Positions 6,794-17,126 of a DNA stretch of 24,622 nucleotides are shown one piece after another. How positions within the stretch are numbered: position 1 is the stretch's first letter; every line of letters starts with the position of its first letter. A program made the translations under genes and the position numbers. The notes under the pieces are model-generated. The model ran no database searches. It had not been told where the DNA came from and was given only the letters and a program-made list of their open reading frames with translations. The stretch comes from a virus (Duplodnaviria; Caudoviricetes), in the IMG/VR virus record IMGVR_UViG_3300020179_000168, positions 1 through 24,622 of that record. One strand, given 5' to 3'.

Positions 6794-8560
6794 ATGGCAA
6801 CAAATTTTCCAACGTCTTTAGACGTTTTGGTTAACCCTCAACCAAATGATTCGGTTGAGGTTGTTTCCCACTCTGCCCAACATGCCGATGCAAATGATGC
6901 TATTGAGGCGCTAGAATCCAAGGTTGGAGCAAATGACTCTACCGATCCAAATTCTTTAGATTTTAAGGTTAGAACCTTAGAAACAAATATACTTGATGAA
7001 GAAGAAGTAGAAGATATAGCAGCAAGGCTTTTGACTTCTGGCACACATGGCAATATTACTGTTTTTTACAACGACGAAGATAAAAAAATAAATCTTATAG
7101 CTACCTATGACGATGAAGAGGTCATGGATGCTATTGCTACATCTCTTACCGCTGGAACTGGAATAATAAAGACTTATAATGATGTAGCAAATACAATTAC
7201 CGTAGCCGTAGATACAAATTCAATTGCTACACAAGATTATGTAAATACAGCAATATCTAACCTTGTGGATGCTGCCCCAGAACTATTAAATACGCTTAAT
7301 GAAATTGCCGCAGCAATTGGTGACGATGCAAACTTTGCAACAACAATAACAAATGCTTTGTCAACAAAACTAGATATTGCAACTGCTGCAAGCACTTATC
7401 TTTCTAAGACAGATGCTCCAGAGGTTATCATGGATGCCGCTGGCGCCATGTTTGCTCACAGCAATCACACAAATGTTGTTGCAACATATGATGATGAAAA
7501 TAATAGAGTTAATCTATCTGTGGTTGCCCAGCTAACTCAAGAACAAGCTCAGGACTATATTGCTCCTTTATTTACTCACGGTCTAAATCCAAATATTACT
7601 GCTACATATGATGATGAATCAAATAAATTAATTTTAGAAACCATTATTCCGCCCTCAAAAGCAATAATGTCAGCATCTGCTCCAACATCTCCAGCCGACG
7701 GTGAATTTTGGTTTGATACAGATGAATATAGAAGCGGAAATACCAGAGCATTAAAGGTTTGGAATGCTCTAGCTCAATCATGGGAATATATTTCTACAGA
7801 TCTATCTTTATCAACAACAAATACCTGGACATCTAAAAATACATACACAAATGGAATAATTATTGGGTTAGACGGGGCACCTAGCAATGCAGTCCATGGA
7901 CAAATTTATTATAATAAAGTTTTAAACAAGTTAAAGGTGTGGGACGGACTCCTTTGGCAAGATATCCAAGGTTCTGGCGGTGGCGGTGGCGGACTAACGT
8001 TAATTCCAACAGATGAGACAGCACCAGCAAGCACATTCTTCGTAGGACTAGTTCAACCACCAGTGGGTGCTACAGCCATTGGCGATTTGTGGATAGACGT
8101 AGACGACGATGCTGGTGAGACAGAATTCATATTTTCAGGCCCCGAAGCTCCAGAAAATTATTCAACAGATACATTATGGATTGATACAGATGAAGCAATA
8201 TCAGAGCTAATATATAGCGCAAATGAGCCAGCAACTCCATCATATCAAGGAGAGCTTTGGATAGACTTAGATGATACTTCTGGACAATCAGTATTAAGTT
8301 CTTTAACTCCGCCCTCTCCATCCGAAACAGATTTGTGGGTAGATTTGTCAAATGAAGAAGGTTATTTGGAATATAAAGATTTGTTTAAGGATGGAGCGGC
8401 CCAGGTTCAGTCTTTTGCAAGCCTACCAAGTGCAACATTATATCCAGGGATAGCACTTTACGTATCTTCAGAAAAATCAATATATGTATCAATTAATGGA
8501 CAATGGAAAAAGATGTATCCAAATTCAGACTCAGAAGTCCTTTCTTGGGTAGGATTTTGA
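6794..8560 (+). CDS. acidic virion structural / tail fibre protein
   Basis: GAGGTG RBS. N-terminal TNFPTSLD...HSAQHADANDAIEALE.KVG, the LVDAAPELLNTLNEIAAAIGDD fibre motif, and repeated GEFWFD / GDLWID modules. Confidence 0.8.
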   Translation: MATNFPTSLDVLVNPQPNDSVEVVSHSAQHADANDAIEALESKVGANDSTDPNSLDFKVRTLETNILDEEEVEDIAARLLTSGTHGNITVFYNDEDKKINLIATYDDEEVMDAIATSLTAGTGIIKTYNDVANTITVAVDTNSIATQDYVNTAISNLVDAAPELLNTLNEIAAAIGDDANFATTITNALSTKLDIATAASTYLSKTDAPEVIMDAAGAMFAHSNHTNVVATYDDENNRVNLSVVAQLTQEQAQDYIAPLFTHGLNPNITATYDDESNKLILETIIPPSKAIMSASAPTSPADGEFWFDTDEYRSGNTRALKVWNALAQSWEYISTDLSLSTTNTWTSKNTYTNGIIIGLDGAPSNAVHGQIYYNKVLNKLKVWDGLLWQDIQGSGGGGGGLTLIPTDETAPASTFFVGLVQPPVGATAIGDLWIDVDDDAGETEFIFSGPEAPENYSTDTLWIDTDEAISELIYSANEPATPSYQGELWIDLDDTSGQSVLSSLTPPSPSETDLWVDLSNEEGYLEYKDLFKDGAAQVQSFASLPSATLYPGIALYVSSEKSIYVSINGQWKKMYPNSDSEVLSWVGF

Positions 8561-8569
8561 ATAGATTTA

Positions 8570-8578
8570 TAGTATAAT
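8570..8578 (+). promoter_or_regulatory. -10 element TAGTATAAT
   Basis: In the 36-nt intergenic gap upstream of the GGAGG RBS of 8597. Identical 9-mer to 22651-22659. Confidence 0.45.
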
Positions 8579-8596
8579 AAAACTCGGAGGAATCAT

Positions 8597-9217
8597 ATGT
8601 CATTAAAACGTTGGAACGGATCAGCTTGGGTTGTAGTAGCTGGGTCACGTCCTGGACCACAGGGTCCACAAGGTATTCCAGGACAAGCAGCAACAATTTC
8701 CGTTGGAGCGGTAAACACTCTTCCCTCTGGATCAACAGCAACAATTGTTAATACAGGAACTTCGTCAGCAGCAATTTTACAATTTAATATTCCAGCAGGA
8801 ACAACTGGTCCAGCAGGAACTCCAGGAGCGGCAGGAGCTCAAGGTACTCCAGGACAAAGAGGATCTTATAACTTTACTGGAATAGCAAATCCAACAGCAC
8901 AAAATCCAGCAAGTCCTTTAGGACTAGATAATTATTTAAATACAACTACTGGAGATTGGTTCCAATATAATTCAGGCACCTCTACATGGGCGTTACAAGG
9001 AAATATAAAAGGTCCACAAGGTATTCAAGGCTTAGCTGGTGCAGCTGGTCCAGTAGGACCTTCGGGTAATGAACTAGCTAATGATATACTTAAGGAAACA
9101 ACGGTGGCAAGAGTTGATGCTATGCTAAATCTAGGAATATACTATCCTAAATATACTAGTACTTTAACTCAAACAGAATTAAACAGCAGATTTGCAGCAT
9201 CAAGTTATTTATTTTAG
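8597..9217 (+). CDS. short collagen-like tail fibre protein
   Basis: GGAGG RBS. Three GXY stretches separated by ATISVGAVNTL...LQFNIPAG and YLNTTTGDWF..W...GNIKGPQG modules typical of phage collagen fibres. Confidence 0.8.
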   Translation: MSLKRWNGSAWVVVAGSRPGPQGPQGIPGQAATISVGAVNTLPSGSTATIVNTGTSSAAILQFNIPAGTTGPAGTPGAAGAQGTPGQRGSYNFTGIANPTAQNPASPLGLDNYLNTTTGDWFQYNSGTSTWALQGNIKGPQGIQGLAGAAGPVGPSGNELANDILKETTVARVDAMLNLGIYYPKYTSTLTQTELNSRFAASSYLF

Positions 9218-9227
9218 GAGAATGTAA

Positions 9228-12200
9228 ATGTCAAGAAGACAAATAGAACACGCATACTATGTATTTAATCCATCACTAGATCAAGTTACTATTCCAAGAA
9301 TAGTAAGACAAGATCGCTTGATGCTTATTACAAATACCACTCAGGGCAAAGTAATTTACAATTTCTCCGATCCTAACCTAGGTGCAGTATCCTTTTCAGT
9401 CGATAATGAGGTTGGGTATGAGCCAAAAACAATAATTACTCTTAAATATAACTGTGCATCAATGGCTGCTACAGATCAGCTTGCAATTATTGTTGATGAA
9501 CCAGCAGAGACAGTAACATTTACAGAACCGCTTATGGATGCTGTTAATAAGCTAAGAGTTGCTCCACCACAATCTTTAATGGATACAGACTTTGAATATG
9601 GTATTCAGAACTCTAAGTGGGAAGCTTTAGTATTAACGTCAAATTATCCATCATTCTTTTCTAGAGCAACAGGCGGAAACTCATTTGACGTAGTTAGCGT
9701 AACTGGAGACGCAGTTTCTCCAAGATCTACAGTAACAGTAGTTGTTTCAAGCCCAGCGACAGAGCTTGTTCCAGGAGATGTTATTTCAGTTCAAGACACA
9801 AAAAATCCTTTAGCTGAAGGAACTTTCCCAGTTGAAACAGTAACCGCAGATGGATATACATTTACATATTTAGCAAACGGAGTTGTAGACGGAGCAATTG
9901 CTGACGGAAGCCTTACATCTGTTTCAGGTGGTGGAATTTACGATAACGCACATATTCCAGGTGGAAACGATTCTATTGGCTTACAGGGCTGGACGGCTCA
10001 ATCAGATGGAGCAGCACAATCTACAATTACAGTTACAACAAGCACAGCTCATGGGCTTCTTCCAGGAATTCCAATTTTAATTGGAAGCCAAAATGAACTT
10101 TGTGCAATCAAAGGATCTTGGAGAGTATTTAACGTATCAGCTCCAAATCAACTAAAGTTTAAAATGAACAGTCAGGTTGTTAACCCAATTGTAACAAGCG
10201 GCGTTGGTCTTTATGCAAAACCAAATGGTTATGTTCAACACAGACCACACGATGGTGGAGTTATTCTTTCAACAACAGATAACGTTTGCGGAGTTAGAGT
10301 TATTCGTCAAACACGTCGTCACTTTAGATATCAATCAGGAAAGTCAATTCAGTTCTCAACTGGTGTTAAGTTTACCCCTACATTTGACGTAGACCAGATA
10401 TCTGTAGCAGGAGTTTTAATTGGAAATCAGGTTGTGACCGTCCGTACAATTCAGGATCACGGAATGCAGCCAGGTGCAAAAATTAAGGTAGACGGAGTTG
10501 TTACAGCAGGCTTATATAATCCATGGAATGGTAAATTTACTGTTACAAATGTATTAGGAACAAACGAATTCCAATACATAATGCCACTTACACAAAATTT
10601 AAGCGCTACAGATCAATTCCCAGGAGGAGTTGACGTTAGTATTACAGTTTATAAGTGGGAGGGCGCAGCAACAAGAACAGGTATGTTTAATGACCAAAAC
10701 GGATTCTTTTTTGAATATGATGGTAACTACTTATATGCAGTTAGACGATTTAGCAAAAAAGACCTATTTGGTAAGATTGCTGCAACCAAGTTCTCAAATA
10801 CAATTACTGGTATAAATACAAGATTTAGAAAGCAGCTTCTTGTTGGAGATCAGATTGTTATTAAGGGAGCAAACTACACTGTTATTGAAATTGGATCAGA
10901 TACTAATATGAAAGTTGCTCCAGCATACAAGGGAGACTCATTAACAAATTCTTCTTATGTTATAACTCAAGAAATTAGAGTTCCTCAAACAGAATGGAAC
11001 GTAGATAAACTTGATGGAAAAGGCCCTTCAGGATACACATTAGACCCTTCGCTAATGCAGATGGCCTATGTTGACTATACCTGGTATGGTGCAGGATTTA
11101 TTAGATTTGGATTTAGAGGCACAGAAGGAAATATTGTTTATTGCCACAAGATGCCTAATAACAACAGAAATACAGAAGCCTACATGCGTTCTGGAAACCT
11201 TCCAGCAAGATATGAGGCAATTAACTCTCCGTTCTTTAGCACAAAGCTAAAAGCGGGATCTTCAGGAATAGTTGGATCCCCATTATCACCAACAATGATC
11301 GTTATGTATGTAGATAGCATTAGGTTCTGGCCAGATTCAGGACACTTGGTTATTAAAGATACAGACAATTTTGAAATTTGCTCTTACACTATTACAAATA
11401 GAGAATACAATTCAATAGCCCAAGGATATGCTGTTAATATTGCTAGAAGACAGCCAATTACCTCTTATCTACAGGGACAAGCAGTTCAGCTATCTGGAAC
11501 TTCAAATAATGCGACATTCCTTCCAGATAATACAATTACAAATGGAACTGGCGTAGCGCAAGTTTCAGTTCAAACAATTACAAATACATGTGCACCAGTT
11601 ATTTCACACTGGGGATCATCTGTAATCATGGACGGAAAGTTTGACGACGATAAGAACTTTATCTTTACTGCTGGTATGCAGAGATTTATGAATATTGCAG
11701 GTTCTGGTGAAGTTATTGCTAAGATTGCCTCAAAGTCTTCAAGCTCTGGTGTTGCAACACTAACAACAGCTGCACCGCACCAATTGCAGGTAGGATATCC
11801 ACTTACAGTTTCTGACGTAAATACCGTAGCCTCTTTAACAGATATTATAAGAACTTCTGCTTCTGTCATAAGGGTTACAACTCAAGGTGCACACAACCTT
11901 GTTGCAAATCAAAATGTAACAATAACAAATTCAATTCTTTCTAGAAACTTACAAAATGGTCAAATTCAAACTACTGCTCAAACTGGTATTTTGAATGGAG
12001 TTAGAACAATATCAGCAGTTCCAACAGCAAACACATTTGAAGTAATTCTTGCTGGAGTTTATGGATATACTAATCAGCCACAAACAAATGCAAGTGCTAC
12101 TGAGCGTACAACTTTTAATGGTACATTTACAGTAAGCGCAGTAACAAGCAACACAGTTCAATACACAATTCCTTTTGGAACAAACATTGCATCAAGTATT

Positions 12201-12788
12201 GTTACACCACAAGGATCCGTTTCTCAAAGCTTTGGTACCACAGCAACTCCAAGACCACTTATTTCGATTAGAATCGCACCATCTGCTGATAACGGAATTG
12301 GAAGAAACTATGGAAAGAGGGAAACATTGAATACTATGCAGTTAGCACTTAGCTCACTGGGTATTCTTGCTCAAGGAGCATTCTTGATTCAGGGTATTTA
12401 TAATGCATCATCTTTCCCTACTGGAACAAATATTCCAACAGACTGGGAAACAATTAGAGTTCCTGGTGGATCTTTAGCGCAGGTTATTTATCACGATAAC
12501 ACTGGTAAAACAGGTTCTACAGTAACAAACCCAATAACAACAATTAGAGGTGGAGACCAGGCGTTTGCCTTCTACACCGACGGTACTGGTGGTACTAACT
12601 ACTCATCAACCACATTCGATCTATCAAAGGTTAGAGATCTAGGAACTTCAATTCTTTCAGGAGACGGAAACTATAAGGCTCCTGGATTCCCTAATGGACC
12701 AGATATTCTAACAATTGTTGCAACAAACCTAGGATTAACATCTGGAGACATTTCAGCTCGTTTGTCTTGGACAGAAGCTCAGGCATAA
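9228..12788 (+). CDS. large (1186 aa) virion structural protein with repeated beta-rich 'TVTT...HGL..G' domains
   Basis: AGGAG RBS. Long Thr/Ser/Gly-rich ORF with RQTRRHFRYQSGK and YTWYGAG.IRFG motifs like those of large phage structural proteins. Confidence 0.8.
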   Translation: MSRRQIEHAYYVFNPSLDQVTIPRIVRQDRLMLITNTTQGKVIYNFSDPNLGAVSFSVDNEVGYEPKTIITLKYNCASMAATDQLAIIVDEPAETVTFTEPLMDAVNKLRVAPPQSLMDTDFEYGIQNSKWEALVLTSNYPSFFSRATGGNSFDVVSVTGDAVSPRSTVTVVVSSPATELVPGDVISVQDTKNPLAEGTFPVETVTADGYTFTYLANGVVDGAIADGSLTSVSGGGIYDNAHIPGGNDSIGLQGWTAQSDGAAQSTITVTTSTAHGLLPGIPILIGSQNELCAIKGSWRVFNVSAPNQLKFKMNSQVVNPIVTSGVGLYAKPNGYVQHRPHDGGVILSTTDNVCGVRVIRQTRRHFRYQSGKSIQFSTGVKFTPTFDVDQISVAGVLIGNQVVTVRTIQDHGMQPGAKIKVDGVVTAGLYNPWNGKFTVTNVLGTNEFQYIMPLTQNLSATDQFPGGVDVSITVYKWEGAATRTGMFNDQNGFFFEYDGNYLYAVRRFSKKDLFGKIAATKFSNTITGINTRFRKQLLVGDQIVIKGANYTVIEIGSDTNMKVAPAYKGDSLTNSSYVITQEIRVPQTEWNVDKLDGKGPSGYTLDPSLMQMAYVDYTWYGAGFIRFGFRGTEGNIVYCHKMPNNNRNTEAYMRSGNLPARYEAINSPFFSTKLKAGSSGIVGSPLSPTMIVMYVDSIRFWPDSGHLVIKDTDNFEICSYTITNREYNSIAQGYAVNIARRQPITSYLQGQAVQLSGTSNNATFLPDNTITNGTGVAQVSVQTITNTCAPVISHWGSSVIMDGKFDDDKNFIFTAGMQRFMNIAGSGEVIAKIASKSSSSGVATLTTAAPHQLQVGYPLTVSDVNTVASLTDIIRTSASVIRVTTQGAHNLVANQNVTITNSILSRNLQNGQIQTTAQTGILNGVRTISAVPTANTFEVILAGVYGYTNQPQTNASATERTTFNGTFTVSAVTSNTVQYTIPFGTNIASSIVTPQGSVSQSFGTTATPRPLISIRIAPSADNGIGRNYGKRETLNTMQLALSSLGILAQGAFLIQGIYNASSFPTGTNIPTDWETIRVPGGSLAQVIYHDNTGKTGSTVTNPITTIRGGDQAFAFYTDGTGGTNYSSTTFDLSKVRDLGTSILSGDGNYKAPGFPNGPDILTIVATNLGLTSGDISARLSWTEAQA

Positions 12789-12800
12789 AAGGAGTATAAG

Positions 12801-15446
12801 ATGGCAGCACCAGACCTACCAATTATTGGCACGGCCACAGCAACTGGCACCACTACAGCAACGGTTGGTTTTGCGGCCCCACTAGATGACGGTGGCTATA
12901 CAATTACCAGTTATACGGCTACATCAAGTCCTGGAAATATTTCTGCCAGTGGTACGGTTTCTCCAATTACAGTTACTGGATTAGAGCCAAATACTACTTA
13001 CACTTTTACCGTAACAGCTACTAATTACGATGGTACATCTGGTCCATCTTCGCCAAGCAATAGCATTACTACATCTTCTTCAGTGCCTGATGCACCAACT
13101 ATTGGTACTGCTACAAAAACAGGTGCCACTACAGCAACTGTAGCATTTAATGCACCACTAGAAGACGGTGGTCAGGCAATTACTGTATACACTGCTACTT
13201 CCTTGCCTGGTAGCATTACTGCAACTAATACATCTTCACCAATTAATTTTACTGGATTAACATCTGGAACAGAATACACATTTACCGTAACAGCAACAAA
13301 CTCAGTTGGTACTTCAGCACCATCTCAGGCAAGTAATACAATAACCACTGATTATATAAATCCTAATAGCCCTGGAGCACCAACAATTGGAACCGCTACA
13401 AAAACTGGTAGCACAACTGCAACAGTTGCGTTCACAGCTCCAACATCAGATGGTGGATATCCGATTACTGGATATACAGCAATATCTACCCCTGGTGGTA
13501 TTACTGGCACAGGAACAACTTCTCCTATTACAATTACAGGATTAAACCCTGGACAGGAGTATACATTTGTTGTTTTTGCAACTAACTCTCAGGGTGCTGG
13601 TATCAATTCAGCAGCAAGTAATACTATTACTACAGATGCTGCAGCACCTGGAGCACCAACAATTGGAACCGCTACAAAAACAGGATCAACAACAGCAGTT
13701 GTTACATTTACTGAGCCTACAAATAATGGTGGAGCAGCGGTAACTAGTTATACTGTAACATCAAATCCAGGCAATGTTACTGCTACTGGAAATGGTTCTC
13801 CTATTACGGTTACAGGTCTAACCCCTGCAACCTCATATACTTTTACAGTTACTGCTACTAACATTGCTGGCACCTCTGTGCCATCAGCTGCATCTAACCA
13901 AATTACAGCTGATTCTACTGTACCAGGTGCCCCAACTATTGGAGCTGCTACAGTATTAACATCAACATCAGCTACAGTTGCATTTACTGCTCCAGCAAAT
14001 AATGGCGGAGCGTCAATCACTGGATACACAGTAACATCAACTCCTGGTAATATAGTTGCTTCAGGAACATCGTCACCAATTACAGTTCTAGGACTTACAC
14101 CTGCAACATCTTATACATTTAAAATAATCGCATCCAACTTTGTTGGAGATAGTGCTCAGTCTGCAGAAAGTAATAGTATTACTACACCTGCCGCAGATGT
14201 TTTTGTACCAGATGCACCAACAATTGGAACTGCAACAAAGACTGGCTCAACTACAGCTACAGTTGCATTTACTGCTCCAGCAAATAATGGCGGGGCAGCA
14301 ATTATTGGTTATATTGGTACATCAACTCCAGGCGGAATCATTGCTTCAAGTACATCATCACCAATGACATTTACAGGATTAACTCCTGCAACCCATTATA
14401 CATTTGTAGTAAGAGCTGTAAACTTAGTTGGATCTGGACCAAACTCAAGTTCAAGTAATATTATAAATACAGATAGTGCTCCTCCTGGACCACCAACAGT
14501 CGGTACTGCTGCAAAAACTGGTGCAACAACCGCAACACTTGCATTTACCCCACCAACCATAACCAATGGACAAACAATCATTGGATATACCGTTGAGTCA
14601 ACTCCAATTGGGGGAACTGGATCAGGAACAACATCCCCAATTCTTGTTACTGGACTTACGCCAGCGACTGCCTATAGATTTAAAATTAGAGCCGTTACTA
14701 GCGTAAATACCCAAGGAGAAGAGTCTGCTTTCAGTAATATTATCACAACAGATTTTGGTAGCGCCGCTAACTATGCAACGTTAGCAAATCAAATTAATAC
14801 ACTTAAAGCAAAAATTAATGCTTTATCGTCATCGACTTTAAATGCTGAACAGATACTATATTTATCAAAGTCAGTACTTATTTTGTCAGAAGCACTTGGT
14901 GTAGACGATATTGTTGACGCTACTGCAAATGCAATTACACAAATTGATAATGCTGGTGCAGCCACAATTACCCTTGTCAGTGGTACAGCAAATGGAGTAG
15001 CAGTATCAAATTTAGCAGGTCAATATAATACACTTCAAGCAGCCTACGATAATATTAATCCTAGAGTTACTTCTCTAGAGGGAGTAATAACAAATCAGGA
15101 ATCAAATATTGCGACAGCATCTGCATTGGCAGCAAGTGCTGGTTATAATCCTTGGCAAGTTGTATCTTCTAATAAGCTTTTAGTAAATAGAGATAGACTT
15201 TTTGTCAATACGCCAGCAGGCGGTGGAGGAGTGGGTGGATTAACTTTAACACTTCCAGCAGGACCTTCAATTGGCTTTGTTGTAGAGATAGTTGATATTT
15301 CTGGAAATGCATCAACAAACTTCTTTACAATAGCTAGAAACGGTGAAAGAATTCAGGGACTACAAGAAGACCTTATCTTTAACGTAAATAATAAAGCTAT
15401 GAAATTAATATATTCAAATAGCGCAAAAGGATGGAGACTCGCATAA
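12801..15446 (+). CDS. fibronectin type III repeat (7x) tail-associated protein with C-terminal fibre domain
   Basis: AAGGAG RBS. Seven P.APTIGTAT...ATVAF.AP..GG..IT.YT..S.PG...SPITVTGL.P.T.YTF.V.A.N..G repeats. C-terminal LTLTLPAGPSIG..VEIVD..G....FTIARNGERIQG. Confidence 0.9.
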   Translation: MAAPDLPIIGTATATGTTTATVGFAAPLDDGGYTITSYTATSSPGNISASGTVSPITVTGLEPNTTYTFTVTATNYDGTSGPSSPSNSITTSSSVPDAPTIGTATKTGATTATVAFNAPLEDGGQAITVYTATSLPGSITATNTSSPINFTGLTSGTEYTFTVTATNSVGTSAPSQASNTITTDYINPNSPGAPTIGTATKTGSTTATVAFTAPTSDGGYPITGYTAISTPGGITGTGTTSPITITGLNPGQEYTFVVFATNSQGAGINSAASNTITTDAAAPGAPTIGTATKTGSTTAVVTFTEPTNNGGAAVTSYTVTSNPGNVTATGNGSPITVTGLTPATSYTFTVTATNIAGTSVPSAASNQITADSTVPGAPTIGAATVLTSTSATVAFTAPANNGGASITGYTVTSTPGNIVASGTSSPITVLGLTPATSYTFKIIASNFVGDSAQSAESNSITTPAADVFVPDAPTIGTATKTGSTTATVAFTAPANNGGAAIIGYIGTSTPGGIIASSTSSPMTFTGLTPATHYTFVVRAVNLVGSGPNSSSSNIINTDSAPPGPPTVGTAAKTGATTATLAFTPPTITNGQTIIGYTVESTPIGGTGSGTTSPILVTGLTPATAYRFKIRAVTSVNTQGEESAFSNIITTDFGSAANYATLANQINTLKAKINALSSSTLNAEQILYLSKSVLILSEALGVDDIVDATANAITQIDNAGAATITLVSGTANGVAVSNLAGQYNTLQAAYDNINPRVTSLEGVITNQESNIATASALAASAGYNPWQVVSSNKLLVNRDRLFVNTPAGGGGVGGLTLTLPAGPSIGFVVEIVDISGNASTNFFTIARNGERIQGLQEDLIFNVNNKAMKLIYSNSAKGWRLA
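12807..14750 (+). repeat. seven tandem FN3-coding repeats (~280 bp each)
   Basis: GCACCAACAATTGGAAC and close variants recur at repeat starts (e.g. ~13376, ~13652, ~14213). Protein-level repeats are obvious. Confidence 0.85.
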
Positions 15447-16381
15447 TGGCATCATTAGACTCACTTATAACGTTGTCGTCAGGACTTAAGGCGTCAGATC
15501 TAGCAGCTATTGGAGTTAATGGAGCTTCTTTAGGAATTACACCAGAATCTCTAGGTGTTACAAATGCAGAAGACAGACTATTTAGAGAGGTAACAGATGG
15601 TACTCGCAGACCATACATGATTCCTACAATTACAACAATTAACGAAAGAAACCAAACATGGTGGCAGACATGGGCAGCTGGAGAATCTTGGACAAACTAC
15701 CATAACTATTTAACTGGAAACACACAAGCAGACTGCGAAAGAGCATTCTGGTTCTCTCTTGGAACAAATAATAGACAAAATACTGTTGGATATTCTTCAA
15801 TGTCTTTTGAAAATAATAGATTGATTTATGCAAAAAATTCTCAGGTAGGTAATGATGACGTTCATATTGCCCATCAAAGAAATAACTCATATGCTCCATT
15901 TAGACTACGTACAATGTTTTTAAGAAATCATCACCCAACACAATCTAAAACAGTTACTATGTGGGGGCACTATTCAAATTATTGGTCTTCTGGATATGAT
16001 GGTTCTGGAGTATGTATTGGAACCCCAAATACTAATGGATCATATAGTACCGTTACAGACGTTAACTGGACAGTACCAGCTAATAGAACTGGCGGAAATT
16101 CATATTATGAGTGGAATTTCAACGTAACTATTCCATCAAGAACTACAGTGGCAGTAGTTCAAACAAATACTATGTATTATTGGCAGTCTGGCTATGTTTC
16201 ATGGTACCTTGACTCAAATATGTTTTATGATTTGCATAATACATTTTCTGATTTTTGGGTTCAACCAGACCTTAAAATGACTCAAGCAGCTCTTACATAT
16301 AATGATCACGATAATCAGTTTAATATAAAGACTTCTTATAAAATTTGGAATAGAACAGCGTTATTGTTCGGGAACAGGTAA
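15446..16381 (+). CDS. Trp/Tyr/Asn-rich putative receptor-binding / fibre tip protein
   Basis: Likely start is ATG 15446 (TAATG overlap with the FN3 gene stop; the ORF track starts at 15431). Aromatic-rich, and followed by a tail assembly chaperone. Confidence 0.65.
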   Translation: MASLDSLITLSSGLKASDLAAIGVNGASLGITPESLGVTNAEDRLFREVTDGTRRPYMIPTITTINERNQTWWQTWAAGESWTNYHNYLTGNTQADCERAFWFSLGTNNRQNTVGYSSMSFENNRLIYAKNSQVGNDDVHIAHQRNNSYAPFRLRTMFLRNHHPTQSKTVTMWGHYSNYWSSGYDGSGVCIGTPNTNGSYSTVTDVNWTVPANRTGGNSYYEWNFNVTIPSRTTVAVVQTNTMYYWQSGYVSWYLDSNMFYDLHNTFSDFWVQPDLKMTQAALTYNDHDNQFNIKTSYKIWNRTALLFGNR

Positions 16382-16383
16382 AT

Positions 16384-16761
16384 ATGAATTATATAAAGTT
16401 TGATAAAAATGGTGTACAAGAGCAAATGAAAGTTGCCGAAGAAAATCCAGGTAGCGGTTGGTATGAGGCTGCAGAAGATATAGATGGAAAGATATTTAAG
16501 CTAGTATCTGGAGCTCCAATTGCTATGACTGAAGAGGAAAAAGATGCATACTATATTTCATTAAAAACAGATTCTTCATATGCTAATTTAAGAGCAGACA
16601 GAAATGAAATGCTAATGAGATCAGACTGGACTCAGCTATCAAATTCAGGTCTATCAGAAGCAAAGGTAGCAGAATGGGAAACCTATAGACAGGCACTTAG
16701 AGACCTTCCAGAAACCATGACGGAAGACCTAAAATATACCCTTCCAGAGGTTCCATCCTAA
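16384..16761 (+). CDS. phage tail (fibre) assembly chaperone
   Basis: C-terminal LRADRNEMLMRSDWTQL......EWETYRQALRDLP is the signature of the Phage_tail_APC-type chaperone. Confidence 0.85.
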   Translation: MNYIKFDKNGVQEQMKVAEENPGSGWYEAAEDIDGKIFKLVSGAPIAMTEEEKDAYYISLKTDSSYANLRADRNEMLMRSDWTQLSNSGLSEAKVAEWETYRQALRDLPETMTEDLKYTLPEVPS

Positions 16762-16770
16762 TAATTTTTA

Positions 16771-16779
16771 TGATACAAT
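16771..16779 (+). promoter_or_regulatory. extended -10 TGATACAAT upstream of 16799
   Basis: TGnTACAAT in the 37-nt intergenic gap before the AAGGAG RBS. Confidence 0.4.
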
Positions 16780-16798
16780 ATTCTAAAGGAGTAATTAA

Positions 16799-17125
16799 AT
16801 GTCAGCATCATTAACAGACCAAATTGATTTGGTAAAGACAAAGATCAACGCATTGTCTGCATCAACTCTTACTACACAAGACCTCGTATTCTTGGCTAAG
16901 TCCCTCGAATCCCTTGGCACCCTTTTGGGAGTCAACGACATTGTGGCAGTAACAAATACTAAAATTTCAGAGATAACAAATGCATCTAGCGGACAGGTTC
17001 AAACAATCACTAACGCTGGGTCGTCTCAGGTAAATGCTGTCGTTACTTCTGGAAATCAGCAAATAGCATTAGTAAATGCAGCAGTAGATAACTACAATCT
17101 ATTCGTAAACATGGGAGTAATATAA
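16799..17125 (+). CDS. small helical virion protein, paralogous to an internal segment of the FN3 protein
   Basis: AAGGAG RBS. LTDQIDLVKTKINALSASTL..QDLVFLAKSL..LG..LGVNDIV matches LANQINTLKAKINALSSSTL..EQILYLSKSV..LS..LGVDDIV in 12801..15446. Confidence 0.75.
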   Translation: MSASLTDQIDLVKTKINALSASTLTTQDLVFLAKSLESLGTLLGVNDIVAVTNTKISEITNASSGQVQTITNAGSSQVNAVVTSGNQQIALVNAAVDNYNLFVNMGVI

Positions 17126-17126
17126 A

